Part shown: positions 1-14,628 of the stretch, piece after piece | Numbering within the stretch: position 1 is the first letter of the stretch | How the letters are laid out: each line of letters opens with the position of its first letter | Assembly (NCBI RefSeq): GCF_009914755.1 | Contig: NC_060926.1 | Direction: 5' to 3' (one strand) | DNA from: the human T2T-CHM13v2.0 reference genome, Homo sapiens | DNA length: 64,000 nt | The notes under the pieces: model-generated | The model's database searches: none | What the model was told of the DNA's origin: nothing | What the model saw: the letters and a program-made list of their open reading frames with translations, nothing else | Program-made: the position numbers and the translations under genes

Positions 1-1102
1 TTTTTCCCCCAGCAGTTTCAATGTAACATATTTAGTTGCAGATTTCTTTTTAATTATCTTGCATGGGATTTGTGAGCTTCTTGAATCTGCAGATTACTGT
101 CTTTCAGATCTAGAAAATTGTCAATCACAATCTTTTCAGATATATCAGCTGTCCTCCAGTCTCTCCTCTCCATCTGGGACTCGGATTACATTTCCTAAAT
201 CTTGTGTTGGTGTCATTCATGGTTAGTAATCTCTCTCATGTATAGTCCATCATGGGTCTTTTAAAATTAAACTCAAGATAATTGTTTGCAAGCTATCTTC
301 TCAGATACAAAGTCTGTCTTTAGCTGTCTTCAGTTTGTTGTTAAGTCTGCTCACAGAGATCTTAATTTCTATGATATATTTTTCCAGAAGATTTTTTAAA
401 CCTTCTATGTCTGTTTCTATGGTTCCCTGTCCTCTGCAGATATCTTTTAGTTGGTCCTTCATTTATTTACACCTTTCAGTGTAGTTGTTTTATAATCAGT
501 ATCTAATTACTTATTAATAAATATCTGATGTCTTTACCTTTTGCTGTGGTTCCGTTTTCCATTTCTGTCCTTTTCTACTTGTTCTCATAGTCTAGCACCT
601 TGTTGTCATTTTTGACATGATGAATATTCTTTTTGAAAAAAAAAATTTAGAACTAATTGACAAACATTTTTCAAAGAGAATGTTCATTGCTGCATCAAGT
701 TCAAGACGTGGTACAGAAAATACATGACTAATTCTACCGAGGTTCTACCACTTCCATTCACCCTTTGCCTGAGGGCAAACTCTTTAGGGTCTCAGTTTAT
801 CAAGAAGGAGTCTTATTAGACTTCCAATTTTAGGTGAATTCTGCATTAGATTTTGATTCCATTCCCAGAAGGCCTCTGCTAGGAAATCAAATACCTTCAG
901 GGAAAAATCCGCTTTTGTACCAAGATAAATTTCCAAGTTTTCATTATTCCTTCTTTTCAGGCCTCAAAATGTCTTATTGTCTTGTTGTCTGTGTGATGCT
1001 TTTAAGAAATTATTTTGTAATATTTTTATCAGCTTTTTTAGTTGTTTTCAACAGGCCAGAATGTCCCTGTAAGCAGACCCTCCCATTACTATAAACAGTA
1101 AG
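1..1102 (-). mobile_element. Old L1M (L1ME-like) 5'/ORF1-region fragment, antisense
   Basis: T-rich decayed sequence resembling antisense L1M 5' regions; boundaries approximate. Confidence 0.5.
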
Positions 1103-1589
1103 CCTTCTGAACAGGCATTTTAACAGTAAGAGTATTAGGTTAAGTAAGGTCTTAAATAAAAACCTTCCTGCTAAGGTCTTTGCTTCCTCTGCTGCCTTTG
1201 TGAGCCAAGGGGAGGTTTCTCACTCTTTAAAACTCCTGTGGGCTTAAAGGAAGGTAGCCAGGCTTCGTGCTCTTTTAGCTCCAAACTGGTACAAAGTCTG
1301 TGTTAAAATAGCCAGTCGAGGCCATTTTTGTCTACATGGAACTATGGTTATGGCATGTAACCAGAATGCTAAAAACTCTTTGCTGGTAACATTGTAGACT
1401 GCAAAAATGGCAACTTGGCAGCTTTTTGAAAAATGATGTGGAGTCGATTTCTTCACCCTTTCATTCTGGACTGCTTTGCATATTACTTGGTTAATACAAT
1501 GCTACAGAAAGGATGTTGGATATAATCTGAGTAGTCTCAAGAATTTTGAGGTATATCCACTCTTACTTTTGGAACTCTGTGAACTTCAC

Positions 1590-1845
1590 ATCTAATAAAT
1601 TACTGGACGATTTGAGTCCATATGGAAAGGTGCCCTACTCATTCCAGCCAGTGAACCTACCAGCTAACTACAGATGCATGAGCAATCTCGCTTTAGATCA
1701 ACTGAGAGGAACCAGTGTGGCCCAGACTAGAACCACTCAGTGAAATTCACACCAGATTGCCAACCTAGGAATTCGTGAGCTAAATAACTGGTTATTGTTT
1801 TAAGCTACTAAATGTAGAAGAGGTTAGGTTTGCAGAAAAACTCAA
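1590..1845 (+). mobile_element. MaLR LTR fragment (MLT1H/I/J-like)
   Basis: ...gaattcgtgagctaaataactggttattgttttaagctactaa matches the MLT1 LTR 3' end. Confidence 0.7.
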
Positions 1846-1919
1846 CACCTAGAGCTATATTACTTTATTTAAATTGTTCTTCTTAAAATTAAATCTCTCT
1901 CAGTTATCAAATCAATGAG

Positions 1920-3200
1920 CATTTTTCAGTCCTTATCTAATGAGACTATTTTACAGTATCTGACAGTATTGATTATTCGTAAACAATCTATACTCTTTTA
2001 GTGTCTATGACACTGGATCTTTGTGCTTCTGCTGGAATTTCTGTACTATTCATTCTTCATTTCCCTTGTAGATTTTATTTCTTCTTGTTTTCCTTATAAG
2101 TATCAGCATTTGTTAGGTTTCCGTCTTTTTCTTATGTTTCCATCCACAAACTCTCCCTGTTGGATCTCCTCCACTTTTTTTTCTATTTCAATGACCACTT
2201 TGTATAAAGATATAAATTATGTCTTTATGCAAAGCCTCTTCCTGCATTAAAGTCCTGAATATATAATCTGACAGTTAGGTAATAGTCAGATATATGTCCC
2301 GAGGCCCTATGCTTCAACATATCCCAAAGTATGTAACTGCGTTCTTCTCTGCCATCTGCTGGCTGGCTATTCCTCTATTTCACATAGTATCACAACTAGT
2401 CACCCAGCAACCTACTAGAGAAACCTGGCATAACACATGCCTCCCTCCTCATTATATTTGTGTCCACTCTGTTTCTCTCGCACTGCTCTAGTTTAGGCCT
2501 TCCTTCTCTCTCTTTTGAAACATTATGATCGTTTCTTGACTAGTATCCTTAGCTGTAGTTTGTTTCTCTTATATCTATTCTAAACTTAGCTGTCAAAAAA
2601 GTTATTAAACAACAACTTTCAGAGCATTTGCTACAGTGAATTTGGCAAATAATAAACATATTTGCTACCACAATTTTTGTCTCTGCCTCTGAAAGTTATC
2701 ACTAAGTGATTTCTGCAAGATTTTCATGGTAGCATCCAACTACACAGCCAGCCATTGCTATTGGATAGGAGATAGCTTTAAACCTGAAATCTGTTTGCCT
2801 TAGGATTGTCAAAGATTAACAAAGCGGGACAGTAGTTAACATGGCAGGGATATATTTTAATCAGTAATATACTACTGCAATAAGGAAGAGGATCTAGTTC
2901 TATCACAAACACCTCTTCTAACATCCAGGTTAGTTTTCTTTCAGGTGTCTTTGTATGAAACATCTAGAGTGGGTTAGGGGCTATACCTTTGTGATCCTGT
3001 CAAACCTATATGACATCCTATCAATATGAATACGAAACCTATATGAATCCCTATTAATATACCTGCTCACAATTTTGAGGTTTTCTGATGATATTTCTAT
3101 TTATTTCACTTGGACTCTGTGAAGTCAAGTACTGTATCTTAAATATTTTTATATCCCCATCATTTAGCACAGTACGTGACAATTAAAATCAGTCAGTGAT
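1920..3200 (+). mobile_element. L2 fragments (discontinuous)
   Basis: tcagtccttatct...tctgacagtattga and 3' end catttagcacagtacgtgaca resemble L2. Confidence 0.55.
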
Positions 3201-4796
3201 TTTAAAATTTAACAACAACAAAAACACATAATAATGCGCTGACCTCCTACAACTCTAATAGTGCTTGTGGGCTCAACATTATCTGAAAATTGTTCATTTA
3301 GCCAGAATTATGATTTCAAAATAACTAAGGACTATAGGCAACTCATTCTATTGCCTCAGGGAAACGTCCAAGGTGTCCTACTTTTGTGGACATGTGTCAT
3401 CTGACAAAAGGTTGTCAAGTTCACTGTTCTTTCCAGTTCTGCCTGGTACTATGATTGCAGTGCCTAAGCAGCTTGAATTTCCTGGGCAAGTGTGCACCAT
3501 GCTGTAATAATTCAGAAGCTGTTTTTGTGTTCTTGAAACATATGGTGCTAGCTCAGATTTATCTTGGGAAAAGCTGGTCAGGAAGAGAAACTGCTGAAGA
3601 GCTGAAATCTCTCCCAGCAGCTAAGAAAACAACGGAGGGACACTGGCGTCCTTCCTCCGAGAGCTCAGGCTCTCCGCCAGTTTGTGGTCCATATGCTGAA
3701 TCCAGAGAGCTGCTTCACTTCTAATAACGATTGTGTTAAGTTGTGTGAGGCTGATATTCCTCCAGAGGGCTCACAGTTTCAAGCATACCTAAAAGCACCT
3801 GTTAGGAAGCAGAGCCTCAGAAAAATGCATTAGCATTTCTAGGAAAAGGGCTTATTTTTATTCTTCTTGGTTACAGAGTTGCAAGTTGGCTTGTTCAGAA
3901 AGAGCTGTTTTTGCACCACACTGATGTTCAGTTTGGTGCAACATTTAAGTCTGGGAAGAGCACAGAGCCAAATGTGGCAAGAGATGGCAATAGAGAAAAT
4001 GCCAAGTGCCCCCTGGCTTATCTCTTGTAGAAGAATTTGTAGCAAGGCTTAGACCACCTGAAATGAATAGCATTCTGCAGTTCTGTCTGAATTTCACTCT
4101 GTGATTTATTATTTCATTATACTAGACTGAATTTGAACCAACAAATAGTTCACCCAGGGAATAAAATATACCTTTACTTTACAGATCCTTTCCCTCCCCT
4201 TCCCATATCTTTTTCTTCTTTCTGTCCCACCTCCACCAATATGTGTATGTGTATGTGTGAGCACGTGTGTGTGTGTGTACTCACATCCATTCTAATTACT
4301 GGAAACCTACCTTTGCTGGAGCAGGTTAAATATTGCCTCTTAAATATTAGTATGTTTAGAAAGCCCATTCCTATAATAAAAGTGGTCATTTCTACCCAGT
4401 TGTTCCCAAATTTCAATAAATTAATCTGAATAAATGTGTTTATAGATATTACACTTAGAAAATGCATAGTTAAAAGGAAACATTTTAATAAAATAACACT
4501 TTTGAAAAAGCCAAATTTCAAACTGGAAAATCAGAAGCAGGTAGTGGCCAGTGCCACTAGAACATGTTAGGAAATCTCAAAGTTTCCCCTCCCCCTTTAA
4601 AAAACAGTGTTCCTCAGAAAAAGTATACATATCTCATTTAACTCAGCCTTTTTAGCCCAGTCCTATTATAGTGCTGTTTGTTCCAAACTGTTTTAGAAAA
4701 TATGTTTATGCTAAAATATGTAATATTACCTTCCACTAAATAAATAAATATATTGTACACACATCACATACATATGTGCCATCACCAACTCCTATA

Positions 4797-5887
<1,091 letters not shown>

Positions 5888-6442
5888 TATACTATAATAT
5901 CTTCCAAAATGTGGTCTTAACTCACGAGAGCAAACAGTGCAGAGTGTGTGATATTTTCTAATTCCATGAGTATTAGCTGGTTGCAAAACAAGCATTCTCA
6001 GCCCATGGCACTGTGTATTCCAAGTCGAGCGTATTCTTTAATGTGTTTTTATTTTGCTTCACTCTCTCATGTTACCATTTATCTCATCTTATGGTAAAGC
6101 AGTTTTGATCCATAATGGTATTTTTAAAAGCTAAATTTTCCAAACTGAAACACCTAGCTGAGTAGGCCGCGAGTTAAAAGAGTAGTGTGGCAATGGCTGT
6201 AGATTCCTTCAAGGAAGTGGTTGAAGGAAGGGATGGATTTTAGGGATTGGTTGAAGTCCTTTAATATTTTCTTCAGCATAAAAAACTGACTAAATCAATT
6301 AGTACAAATACTTTCCAGAGCAGTGGTCCTTAAACTCTAGCATGCATCAGAATCACATGGCAGGTGACTGAAACCACAGATTGCTGGCCCCACCTTTAGG
6401 GTTTCTATTTAGGAAGTCAAGGTCGTGACCTGAGACTATGTC

Positions 6443-6456
6443 TTTCTTTTTCTTTC

Positions 6457-6487
<31 letters not shown>

Positions 6488-6791
6488 TTTTTTGACAGAG
6501 TTTCACTCTTGTTGCCCAGGCTAGAGTTGCACAGGCTGGAGTGCAATTGGCCCAATCTCGGCTCACCGCAACCTCTGCCTCCCGGGGTTCAAGTGATTCT
6601 CCTGCCTCAGCCTCTCGAGTAGCTGGGATTACAGGCATGCATCACCACGCCCAGCTAATTTTGTAATTTTAGTAGAGATGGGGGTTTCTCCATGTTGGTC
6701 AGTCTGGTCTCAAACTCATGACCTCAGGTCATCTGCCCACCTCGGCCTCCCAAAGTGCTGGGATTACAGGCATGAGTCACCGCACCCAGCC
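6443..6791 (-). mobile_element. AluS (Sp/Sq-like) with a small internal duplication
   Basis: Alu dimer with long T tail; caggctagagttgcacaggctggagtgca duplication. Confidence 0.93.
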
Positions 6792-6841
6792 AACTCTGCC
6801 TTTCTAACAAGTTCTCAAGTTATGCAGATGCTGTCAGGTGG

Positions 6842-7214
6842 TGTCTTGGTTGATTTGAGCTGCTGTAACAAAATACCATAGACTTGGTGGCTTATAAACA
6901 CAGACCTTTATTTTTCACAGTTCTAGAGGCTGGGAAGCCTGGGAAGTTTAAGATGAAGGCTCCAGAAAATTCAGTGTCTGGGGAGAGCCCTCTTCTTGGT
7001 TTATAGATGGTGCTTTTTAGCTGTGTCCTCACACGGTGGAAGGAGATACCTAGCTTTCTCCAGCCTCTTTTATAAGGGCACTAATCCCATTCATGAGGGC
7101 TCCACTCTCATGACCTAATCACCTCCTAAAGGCCTTGCCTCCTAACACCATCACCTTGGGTGTTAGAATTTCCATATATAAATTGTTAAGGGACACAAAC
7201 ATTCAGACCATAGC
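6842..7214 (-). mobile_element. MaLR solo LTR (MLT1A/MST-like)
   Basis: tgtcttggtt...gctgtaacaaaataccatagac...aacattcagaccatagca. Confidence 0.88.
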
Positions 7215-7367
7215 AGCAGGAGGGAACACACTTTGGTAGCTGTTCTTCTAGAGAAATGTCTATAGTGCTTTTCAGTCTGGATTTCATAAGGGTTACTATG
7301 GTATTATGTGAGAAAAACAAAAATGGTGCTACCTAGCTAACTTCCACAGAAAAAAATCAAAAACGAC

Positions 7368-7688
7368 TTTTCTTTTTTTCTTTTATTTTCTCCTTTTTCT
7401 TTGAGAGACGGGGTCTTGCTGGGTCACCCAGGCTAGAATGCAGTGGCCTGATCATGGCTCACAGCAGCCTTGACCTCCTGGGATCAAGGGATCCTCCCAC
7501 CTCAGCCTCAGCTGGGAATACACGTGGGCATCACCATGCCTGATTGATTTTTTTAAAATTATCTGTAGAGACAGGATCTCACTGTGTTGCCCAGGCTGGT
7601 CTCAAATTCCTGGCCTCAAGCAACCCTCCTACCTTGGCCTCCCAAAGTGCCGGGATTAGGATTACAGCTGTGAGCCACTGTGCCTGAC
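7368..7688 (-). mobile_element. AluJ
   Basis: Diverged dimer, J-type gcagccttgacctcctggg. Confidence 0.9.
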
Positions 7689-8830
7689 AAAAAAAAAAAA
7701 AAAAAAAAAAAAAAACCAAAAAACAAAAAAAACCTTAAAACTAAACAATTTTTTAAAAAATATAATGAATTTATATTAATTTTATGTTTCTTTTCCACTG
7801 AGAAATTAGGAAAATGTTTAGTGAACTTTTAGCCACATTTAACTAGGAAAAAAACTTCTTAATTTTGGCCTGAATTCCTGGCTACAGGTGACTGACCATC
7901 CCTTGACTTCCACAACCTTTATTGCCATCCCAGGTTGGCCCCTCATCCTCAGAGTAACATCCTGGAGAGCTGTCATCATCCAAGCTTGCCTCACATCTTC
8001 TGTCCTAAATTTTTATGCGCCACCTTCTGCCCGCAAACTTCTTGACATCTTCAGCCTGATTTCCTCTTTTCCTTTTTTTTCCTCTTTTCTCCATTTCTCA
8101 GTTCATTCTCTTCTGCTTTCATTGTTTTTCTGAACATACCTAGACCTCATGGTCAATCATCGCATTGATCATTTCTTTCTAATATTAGAAATGTCCTGAC
8201 TTTCTTGCCATTATTCTTACACACAGTCAGAATAATCCAATCTAATCATTCTTTTCTCTTTGACTTCCACATAACAATCATTGCTAGGAAAATTAATGGT
8301 TAGACTGCCATTTGAATTTCCAACTGCAAAATGTCCTGTCTCCAAGACTAGATGAGCAGTAATTGGACATATCCCTAATGAGCACTCTGCCGTTTTCCAC
8401 AATGTTTATTTCGGATTGTCATCACTGAAGTCCCTTTCTCACTACCCTCTCTATCACACTTTGGAAAAAGATCTTTCCTCCCATACTGTACAAATAAAAT
8501 AATAATAATAGCCACCAATCATTTTTTCCCTTCAACTTTCTTCACCCTTCCCTATCCTGCTACTTGCGGATTCACTCATCTGTGCCTCATTGTTTCCTGC
8601 TTCAGAAGAACACAAGAGCAGAATCAAGAGCCAGCACAAACATAGTTTTGGAAAAGTGCCCAATTTTACTTTCCATATTTTATCACCAGTGTAGTGTATG
8701 AAAAAGTAGGGAACATTTAAAAGTTCAGAAACAAGGGCTGATCCATTGCAGTCTGCACTTTCATGTTCCATGAAAACCAAAAAATCAAAAAACTCACTCT
8801 ATTGAAATCATCTCTTTCCTGGTTTATCTC

Positions 8831-8892
8831 TTAAACTAGGAAATAGTTGGTTCCTAGGAAATAGTTGGTTAAACTAGGAATAGTTTGGTTCC
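8831..8892. repeat. Short imperfect tandem triplication (taggaaatagttgg core)
   Basis: Three adjacent copies visible directly. Confidence 0.8.
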
Positions 8893-9536
8893 CTGTGACT
8901 CTTGCCTTTCATATCTATGTCTACAGCAACTCAGTATCTAGTACATCACAGGGACTGCCCAGTAAATGATTCAGTGGGTCATTCCTTTTTTTTTTTTCAT
9001 GTCTAATTTTTGTTGATCCTCACTTTGTGATCCACAATTATTCCCTTTTATTTTTCTCTTCTTGAGTGTCACATTTGTGTTATGTTTTATTTGCTTATCT
9101 ATTTTGACAAATGTTCACATCTTTTTAAAATATACATATGTATGAGACATAAAAGTGCAAAGAAGAATTCTACTCAACCAGAAGTAACCCTTGCTAGTGT
9201 GCATTTATCATACGACATTCTGGACAAGGCTCTGTGCATATTTAAAATGTGTAGTCCCTGGGTATTCTTCTGGTTTCTTTCTGTTATTACCTCTCTTAAT
9301 GGGGTGGGAAGGAGTAGATAAAATTCTACCTAGAGTAGCTATTTGAAGATGATGCTTCAAATATTATCCCCAAGTGGTGAGGGTTTTGTCAGGGATTTGG
9401 GGAGGGGGGTGAGGGGACTTGCACTTGCCTCGGGACAGTCTAAAATTCCAATTTAGGTTTGTCATCTCAAATACACTCTCACAAGTCTGCTACGTTCTCC
9501 AACTTAGGGGCATTGCTCTGTTTAGAGTTTGGTTTT

Positions 9537-9991
9537 TGTAAAAGTTAAAGAAAGAGGAAAGAAACACAAAAAGTGGCTTAACAGTCAAAGACAGGTTTAT
9601 TTTGGAGAACAAACCTGAGAGGGGCTTCTGGCCGATTTTTTTTGGTGAGGAGCACTCTCTCTTACGGTCTAAGAGTATTTATTGGTGAGAGAGGTTGGAA
9701 AGTTTCTGTGTTGGGGAGAAGTTTATGGTGGGGTTGGAATGTCTCTGGTTAGAGGGCAGGTTATCTGGGGTCTGACATCTCTCTGGCCGGAGGGGAGGGT
9801 TATCTCAGGGCTGGCATGTCTCTGGTCAGGAAGGGGTTTGGAATGTTTCTGGTCGGAGATGTCATTTGTGGTTTATGGTCATGCTGACCTTAGCCATTAG
9901 GCTGATACTGTTTAGATTTAGGTGGTTTTTGATCAAGGTGAACTTTAAAATGGCAGTGCTCATCCAAGATGGCAATGCTTCTGCTCTGTCA
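9537..9991 (-). mobile_element. ERV1 solo LTR, MER83/MER84 family
   Basis: Minus strand reads TGACAGAGCAGAAGCATTGCCATCTTGG...TTTTACA; TSD GTTTT on both sides; internal ~35-bp repeats. Confidence 0.85.
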
Positions 9992-10924
9992 GTTTTCAGG
10001 GTGGGATTGTGACTCACAACAATGTTCTGTGATATAAAGAGATGGCCATTGCTTTCCCACCCTCCTCATTCTCTTATATCCAACCATCTCCCTGTGCTAA
10101 GAAGCCAGATCAAGGCAACACCAATGGCCCTCCAGCAAGGTTCCACTGTATGACTTCCTCTCCTGTTCTACCTTGTGGATTTGCATCTAAACCTTGTCAG
10201 GCTCCCTTCATCCCTCAGACCACTTTCACACTTCTAAACTTCATCCACATTTTCCACAGAGTCATCACATTGTCTTTTCAGATTCATTCACTCACTTTTA
10301 GATAAGTCTGTACTTGTCTGAAGTCTGAGGACATAAATATCAGCTTTAATCATCCTCCATGATTTTGATCCAAATTTGAGTATGTGATGGAGATCATTTG
10401 AGTTTTAGGTTTGAAGTTAGTTTTTTTGTTTTTTTGTTTTCCACCACATAGGAAAAGTTACACTCTCCTCGCCTTCTCCCCCCTCAACCCCAACATGTGT
10501 CTATATGTTTAGTGACACTTAAGGGAAAAAAGTAGAAGAAAAATGGCCTAGTGCTGCTATTTTTCATTGGCCGTCCGTCCTACCAATTTACTTTGAAATT
10601 TGTTTGAAGAATGATGTACTGAAGAGGAAAGATGAACAACAGCAAAAAGTCCCTTGTTAGTTATGCTTTGCTCACGGAAGACCCTCATTTTGGTGTCCTA
10701 TGACCTGCAGTTCAGTTCCGTTTCTCTCCTCTGAGTGTCCATGTTTAGCCCACCTGCCTCTGCATTGGGCTTTATAGCCTATTTGTTGTTGAGTAGTGAG
10801 GATTACATCTTGTTAGAAATGTAAGCTGAAAATAGTCACAGTGGAGCTCTAGAATCAATTTTCTTGGCAAAAGTGCTAAATAGTCATCTTGACTCTGGTA
10901 AGCCAGGGATACTATTACTACTAA

Positions 10925-11165
10925 TAACCATTGCGGCCTACTGAGTGCACACACCGTGCCAGGTAGTCTGCTAAGGGCTTCAGTGCATTTTAATCTTTTC
11001 ACCAGCCCAGGACTCTGTTGTTTTTTGTTTTTTTCTTAAGTAAAGAATTTTTAAAATAAAGAAACTGAACCTCAGAAAGCTTAGATAATTTGTGCTAGTT
11101 CATCACACTAATAAGTGGTAGACTCTCTCTGTTTGACTCCAATGACTATATTCTTGAACACTATC
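10925..11165 (-). mobile_element. MIR
   Basis: Core gaaactgaacctcagaaagcttagataatttg. Confidence 0.7.
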
Positions 11166-11569
11166 CAAATGAATACCAAATAACTCACTTTGCAAACATT
11201 TCATGTCCATTATCACCTCATTAATTTGTTCATTTTATTGCTCATTTCCAGAATGCTCTTGCCACTCCTTTTATCATAAAACATCCCATCCATTCTTAAA
11301 GAGCCAGCTTATATCTAATCTTGTATCTTATCCTTCCCCTAATTATCCAGCATGAAATAGTGTTTCTGCCTCTGTTCCCCATAAGTGTGTCTGTTTTAAC
11401 ACTTATTTTTAATATATCAGTTAATGTTAGACATCTATCACCTTTCGGTCTCAGAGTTGTACCAGTTCCCATCTCCTACTGTATCTGGTAAAGGACAGCT
11501 TTTTGTTTTGATTTTCAGAACTTGATTTCAATATATATATATGAAAAGAGGGGACAAGATAAAATAAAA

Positions 11570-11790
11570 AAAGTAACATTTGATATAATAATGTCTAAGT
11601 CAAATTCTAGGATTTACTAGGTGTGTTATATTAGAAAATGCAACAGGGATCACTAAACCTCAATATTGTCTTCTGAAGAAATTATCTTCATAATAAAACT
11701 ACTTGTTTTACCTTTGATTGAGTTTTTAAGAGAAAAGCAAATACAATAATAAGTGATGAAGTATTATAACTCATAATGTGCTATGTTACT
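11570..11790 (+). mobile_element. MIR (decayed)
   Basis: gtcaaattctag...tttactaggtgtgt...cctcaatattgtcttctgaa. Confidence 0.5.
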
Positions 11791-12285
11791 GTGTTTTGTC
11801 GTTGCTGATAAAAATAGTTGATTGATGACTTTTTAAGTGACTTTTAGGCAGTCTAGAGTGAGCAGTAAAAGAAATTAAAGCTGAAACAGTGAACCTAAAA
11901 TTCTGCTGTAGAAGTTGTTAATAACTGTCTTTTCTTCAGCAGAAGTTACCTAGTTCTACATTGCCTCTGGCTTTTTGCCACCCATTAAGATAAAAAGCTA
12001 GAAGATAGGAACTAGGAAATAGTAGAGATAAGGTGAAAGTCTAGCTTGAACTCAGTGAAGCAAACCAAAATAAGCAAAGATCCCTCGCTTGGAGATGTGG
12101 TAGAAGACTTGTGTGAATTATTACAGTGACTAACTACACAGAGGAATAAAGTTATACATATAAAGTTAAAAGATATGTAATATGAGTGCTCCTGTTGAAT
12201 CAGCCAACATGAATTCAGTCATATAGTCACAACAGTGTGCATCATAAAACAGTATCATAAATAGCAATGAGTTATAAATGGAATT

Positions 12286-12321
12286 GACCAATATACTTAG
12301 TGAGACCAATATACTTGGTGA
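12286..12321. repeat. 18-bp tandem duplication, 1 mismatch
   Basis: gaccaatatacttagtga / gaccaatatacttggtga. Confidence 0.85.
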
Positions 12322-12504
12322 GAAACTACACTGTGTTATTACTTTGTACAATTATAAAAGATAATTGCCCAATATAAATAATAACTAAAATTTAAGAAGA
12401 AATTTTCTATTTTTAATCTAGATTATAAAATGAATGATAGTTATGTAAAGTTTATCTATTTTTCTTTGGAAGGAAACCAAATCTGGAGACATAATAATAA
12501 TTTG

Positions 12505-12570
12505 GTATCATGTAATGCCTAGGAAATAGTACATATCTAATAAATATTTGTTGAGTGAATAAATGAATGA
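12505..12570 (+). mobile_element. L2 3' end
   Basis: aataaatatttgttgagtgaataaatgaatga. Confidence 0.7.
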
Positions 12571-13726
12571 CAGCCACTGTAATAAGTTAAAAAGTTTTTG
12601 TAGGTAAAAGACAAGGCTGAAACAATGATTCTGACTCATAAGTGGTGGGCCATTAATTATATACATATATGCAGAGACACACACATAAACTTTAAGAAAA
12701 TAAAATTTTAGGAAAATAGATAAAATGTCAACTAGTATTTTATTGTTCTGCTAAATGAATTTGTTGTCATTCATGACAGTGTAATGATTCCATCTTGTGT
12801 CTTTGTGTAGGCACATGTGTGAACCACTTTAATCCCCCTCTTTTTAATTTTCTAACATTAAAAAAACTATTTTTTTGTGTCCATGAGACATACAGTTTCA
12901 AAATTATTTTATGAAATTGAATGGATAGTATAGGAATTAATGTCATGTATATCACAGTGTGATTCCTTTTAAAACTGAATGAGAGGAAGTTAAGGCATGC
13001 CTACTGGTTTTCAGGGGCATCTAGTAACTTTGAGTTATTAAGTAATGAAATGTGAGTGACGGAGTTCAAGTTCCTATTAAACATAAGGAGAAAAACATTC
13101 ATATAGTAGGTTTAATCACTGTTACTTTACACTTTGATGTACAAATTAAAATCGAGAACGTGTCATTTAAGTAGGCTTAAGAGTTATTCAGAGGTAGAAA
13201 TATGACAGCAGCTGACCTTTATTGTTATATTTTACTGCAACAAAAGCTCTGTGGATGTTACGCAGTTTCTAGTGTGAATTGTCTGAAGGTGATAAAAGAA
13301 TTCAAATATCTGGACTGAGGTATATATTTTAGGAGATAGAAAAATCACTTTCTTACCTTCGGCAAACTTTCTCATTGATCACAAGAGTCAAAGGGCAATC
13401 TTCAATCCTCTAACTTACATCACATGGTAAACTACTTCCTTTGCAATCCATAAAATGAAAGGTACAGGTGATATTCTGCAAATACAATAAGAAGATTCTG
13501 TTGGGTTACGAGCGTCTTGTCTGATTAATTTTTACATTCCCTGGACCTAAAATAATACCTGTTTTGAAACAGTAGCTCCATGAGTATTTACCGAGGTCAG
13601 CAGAATTTCATTAACTGAATTTAAATGTAGTAATTGAATTACCCACACAAGTAATTTAGTTTGAGTAGTTTTACTTAGCTAATAGTGGCAAGCATAACAT
13701 TAAAATGGGCAAAGAAATAAGCATAC

Positions 13727-13940
13727 CAGAGTTCTGCAAGCATTTTCTATAAACAGCCAGATAATAAGTATTTTAACTTACGAGGGTTTAAAAATAAAAT
13801 TAAGGATATTATGTAGGTGCATACATAACAATTTAAAATGTAACAATTTAAAAACAAAACAAAACTATTTATAACTCACAAGCCATACAAAAACAGACAA
13901 CCGGCACTTTGGCTAGTGGGCTACAGTTTGCCCTTCCCTG
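13727..13940. mobile_element. MER58-family hAT-Charlie MITE
   Basis: cagagttctgcaagcattttctataaacagccagata...gggctacagtttgcccttccctg, degenerate TIRs. Confidence 0.75.
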
Positions 13941-14515
13941 AAACAGATTTTTGTGCAATAAATTCAAAGATTTTGTTCCCGTAGTTGACCTAAATAATTC
14001 TGTAGATTTGGTCCTCCATGATGCAAATTTACATAGACAAGGTGATTAGACAGATGATGGATTGAAATCAATTTCTTGTGAGTTAAATTAAACAATTGAA
14101 ATGAATTGTTTTATTATGCCTTTGTCTCTGCATATAAGTTAGCAAATTCTGGGAGCCAAGTGGAAAATGTGGATAAAAGGATTTAAGCATGTCTGGAGCC
14201 CCTAGGGAGAATGGCATCTTTGGAAGAAAAAAGTTAGTGGAGTTCAAAGTGTGCCTTAGAAAAGGATAGATTTAGATAGAAGATCTCATCCCTGGTAACA
14301 GGAGGAAGGTCATATGCAGATGGGCTTTGGGAGGAGTGTGAGGGTGAGTTAGTTGGAGCAGGTGAGTGCAGTGGAGCTCACTCTACTAACCTGGCAGAAC
14401 ACTGTGGTCCTCAAGGCCTGATGTAAGTGCATTTAGCTCTGGGAGACATTAGACACAAGTAAGATCTATTCAGGAAAATGTTATTACTTGTTCCCAAAAG
14501 GAATTCTGCAATTCT

Positions 14516-14628
14516 GTTTGGTTTTTTTTTTTTTTTTTTTTTTGATACGGAGTCTCACTCTGTCTCCCAGGCTGGAATGCAGTGGCACTATCTTGGCTCA
14601 CTGCAACCTCTACCACTTGGGTTCAAAC
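14516..14628 (-). mobile_element. 5'-truncated Alu (3' ~110 bp only)
   Basis: T tail plus right-arm end; TSD aattctgcaattct / aattctgcacttct. Confidence 0.9.

Larger units (their letters stand above)
6322..7250. mobile_element. MER5A (hAT-Charlie MITE) split into three pieces by an Alu and a MaLR LTR
   Basis: cagtggtccttaaact...atcagaatcac (6322-6433), tttctaacaagttctc...gatgctg (about 6793-6840), gaacacactttg (about 7220-7250). Confidence 0.7.

Noticed and set aside
3590-3730. CpG-island promoter or coding exon
   Set aside because: Only a few CpGs over ~140 bp, no convincing splice-site pair, peptide not recognisable
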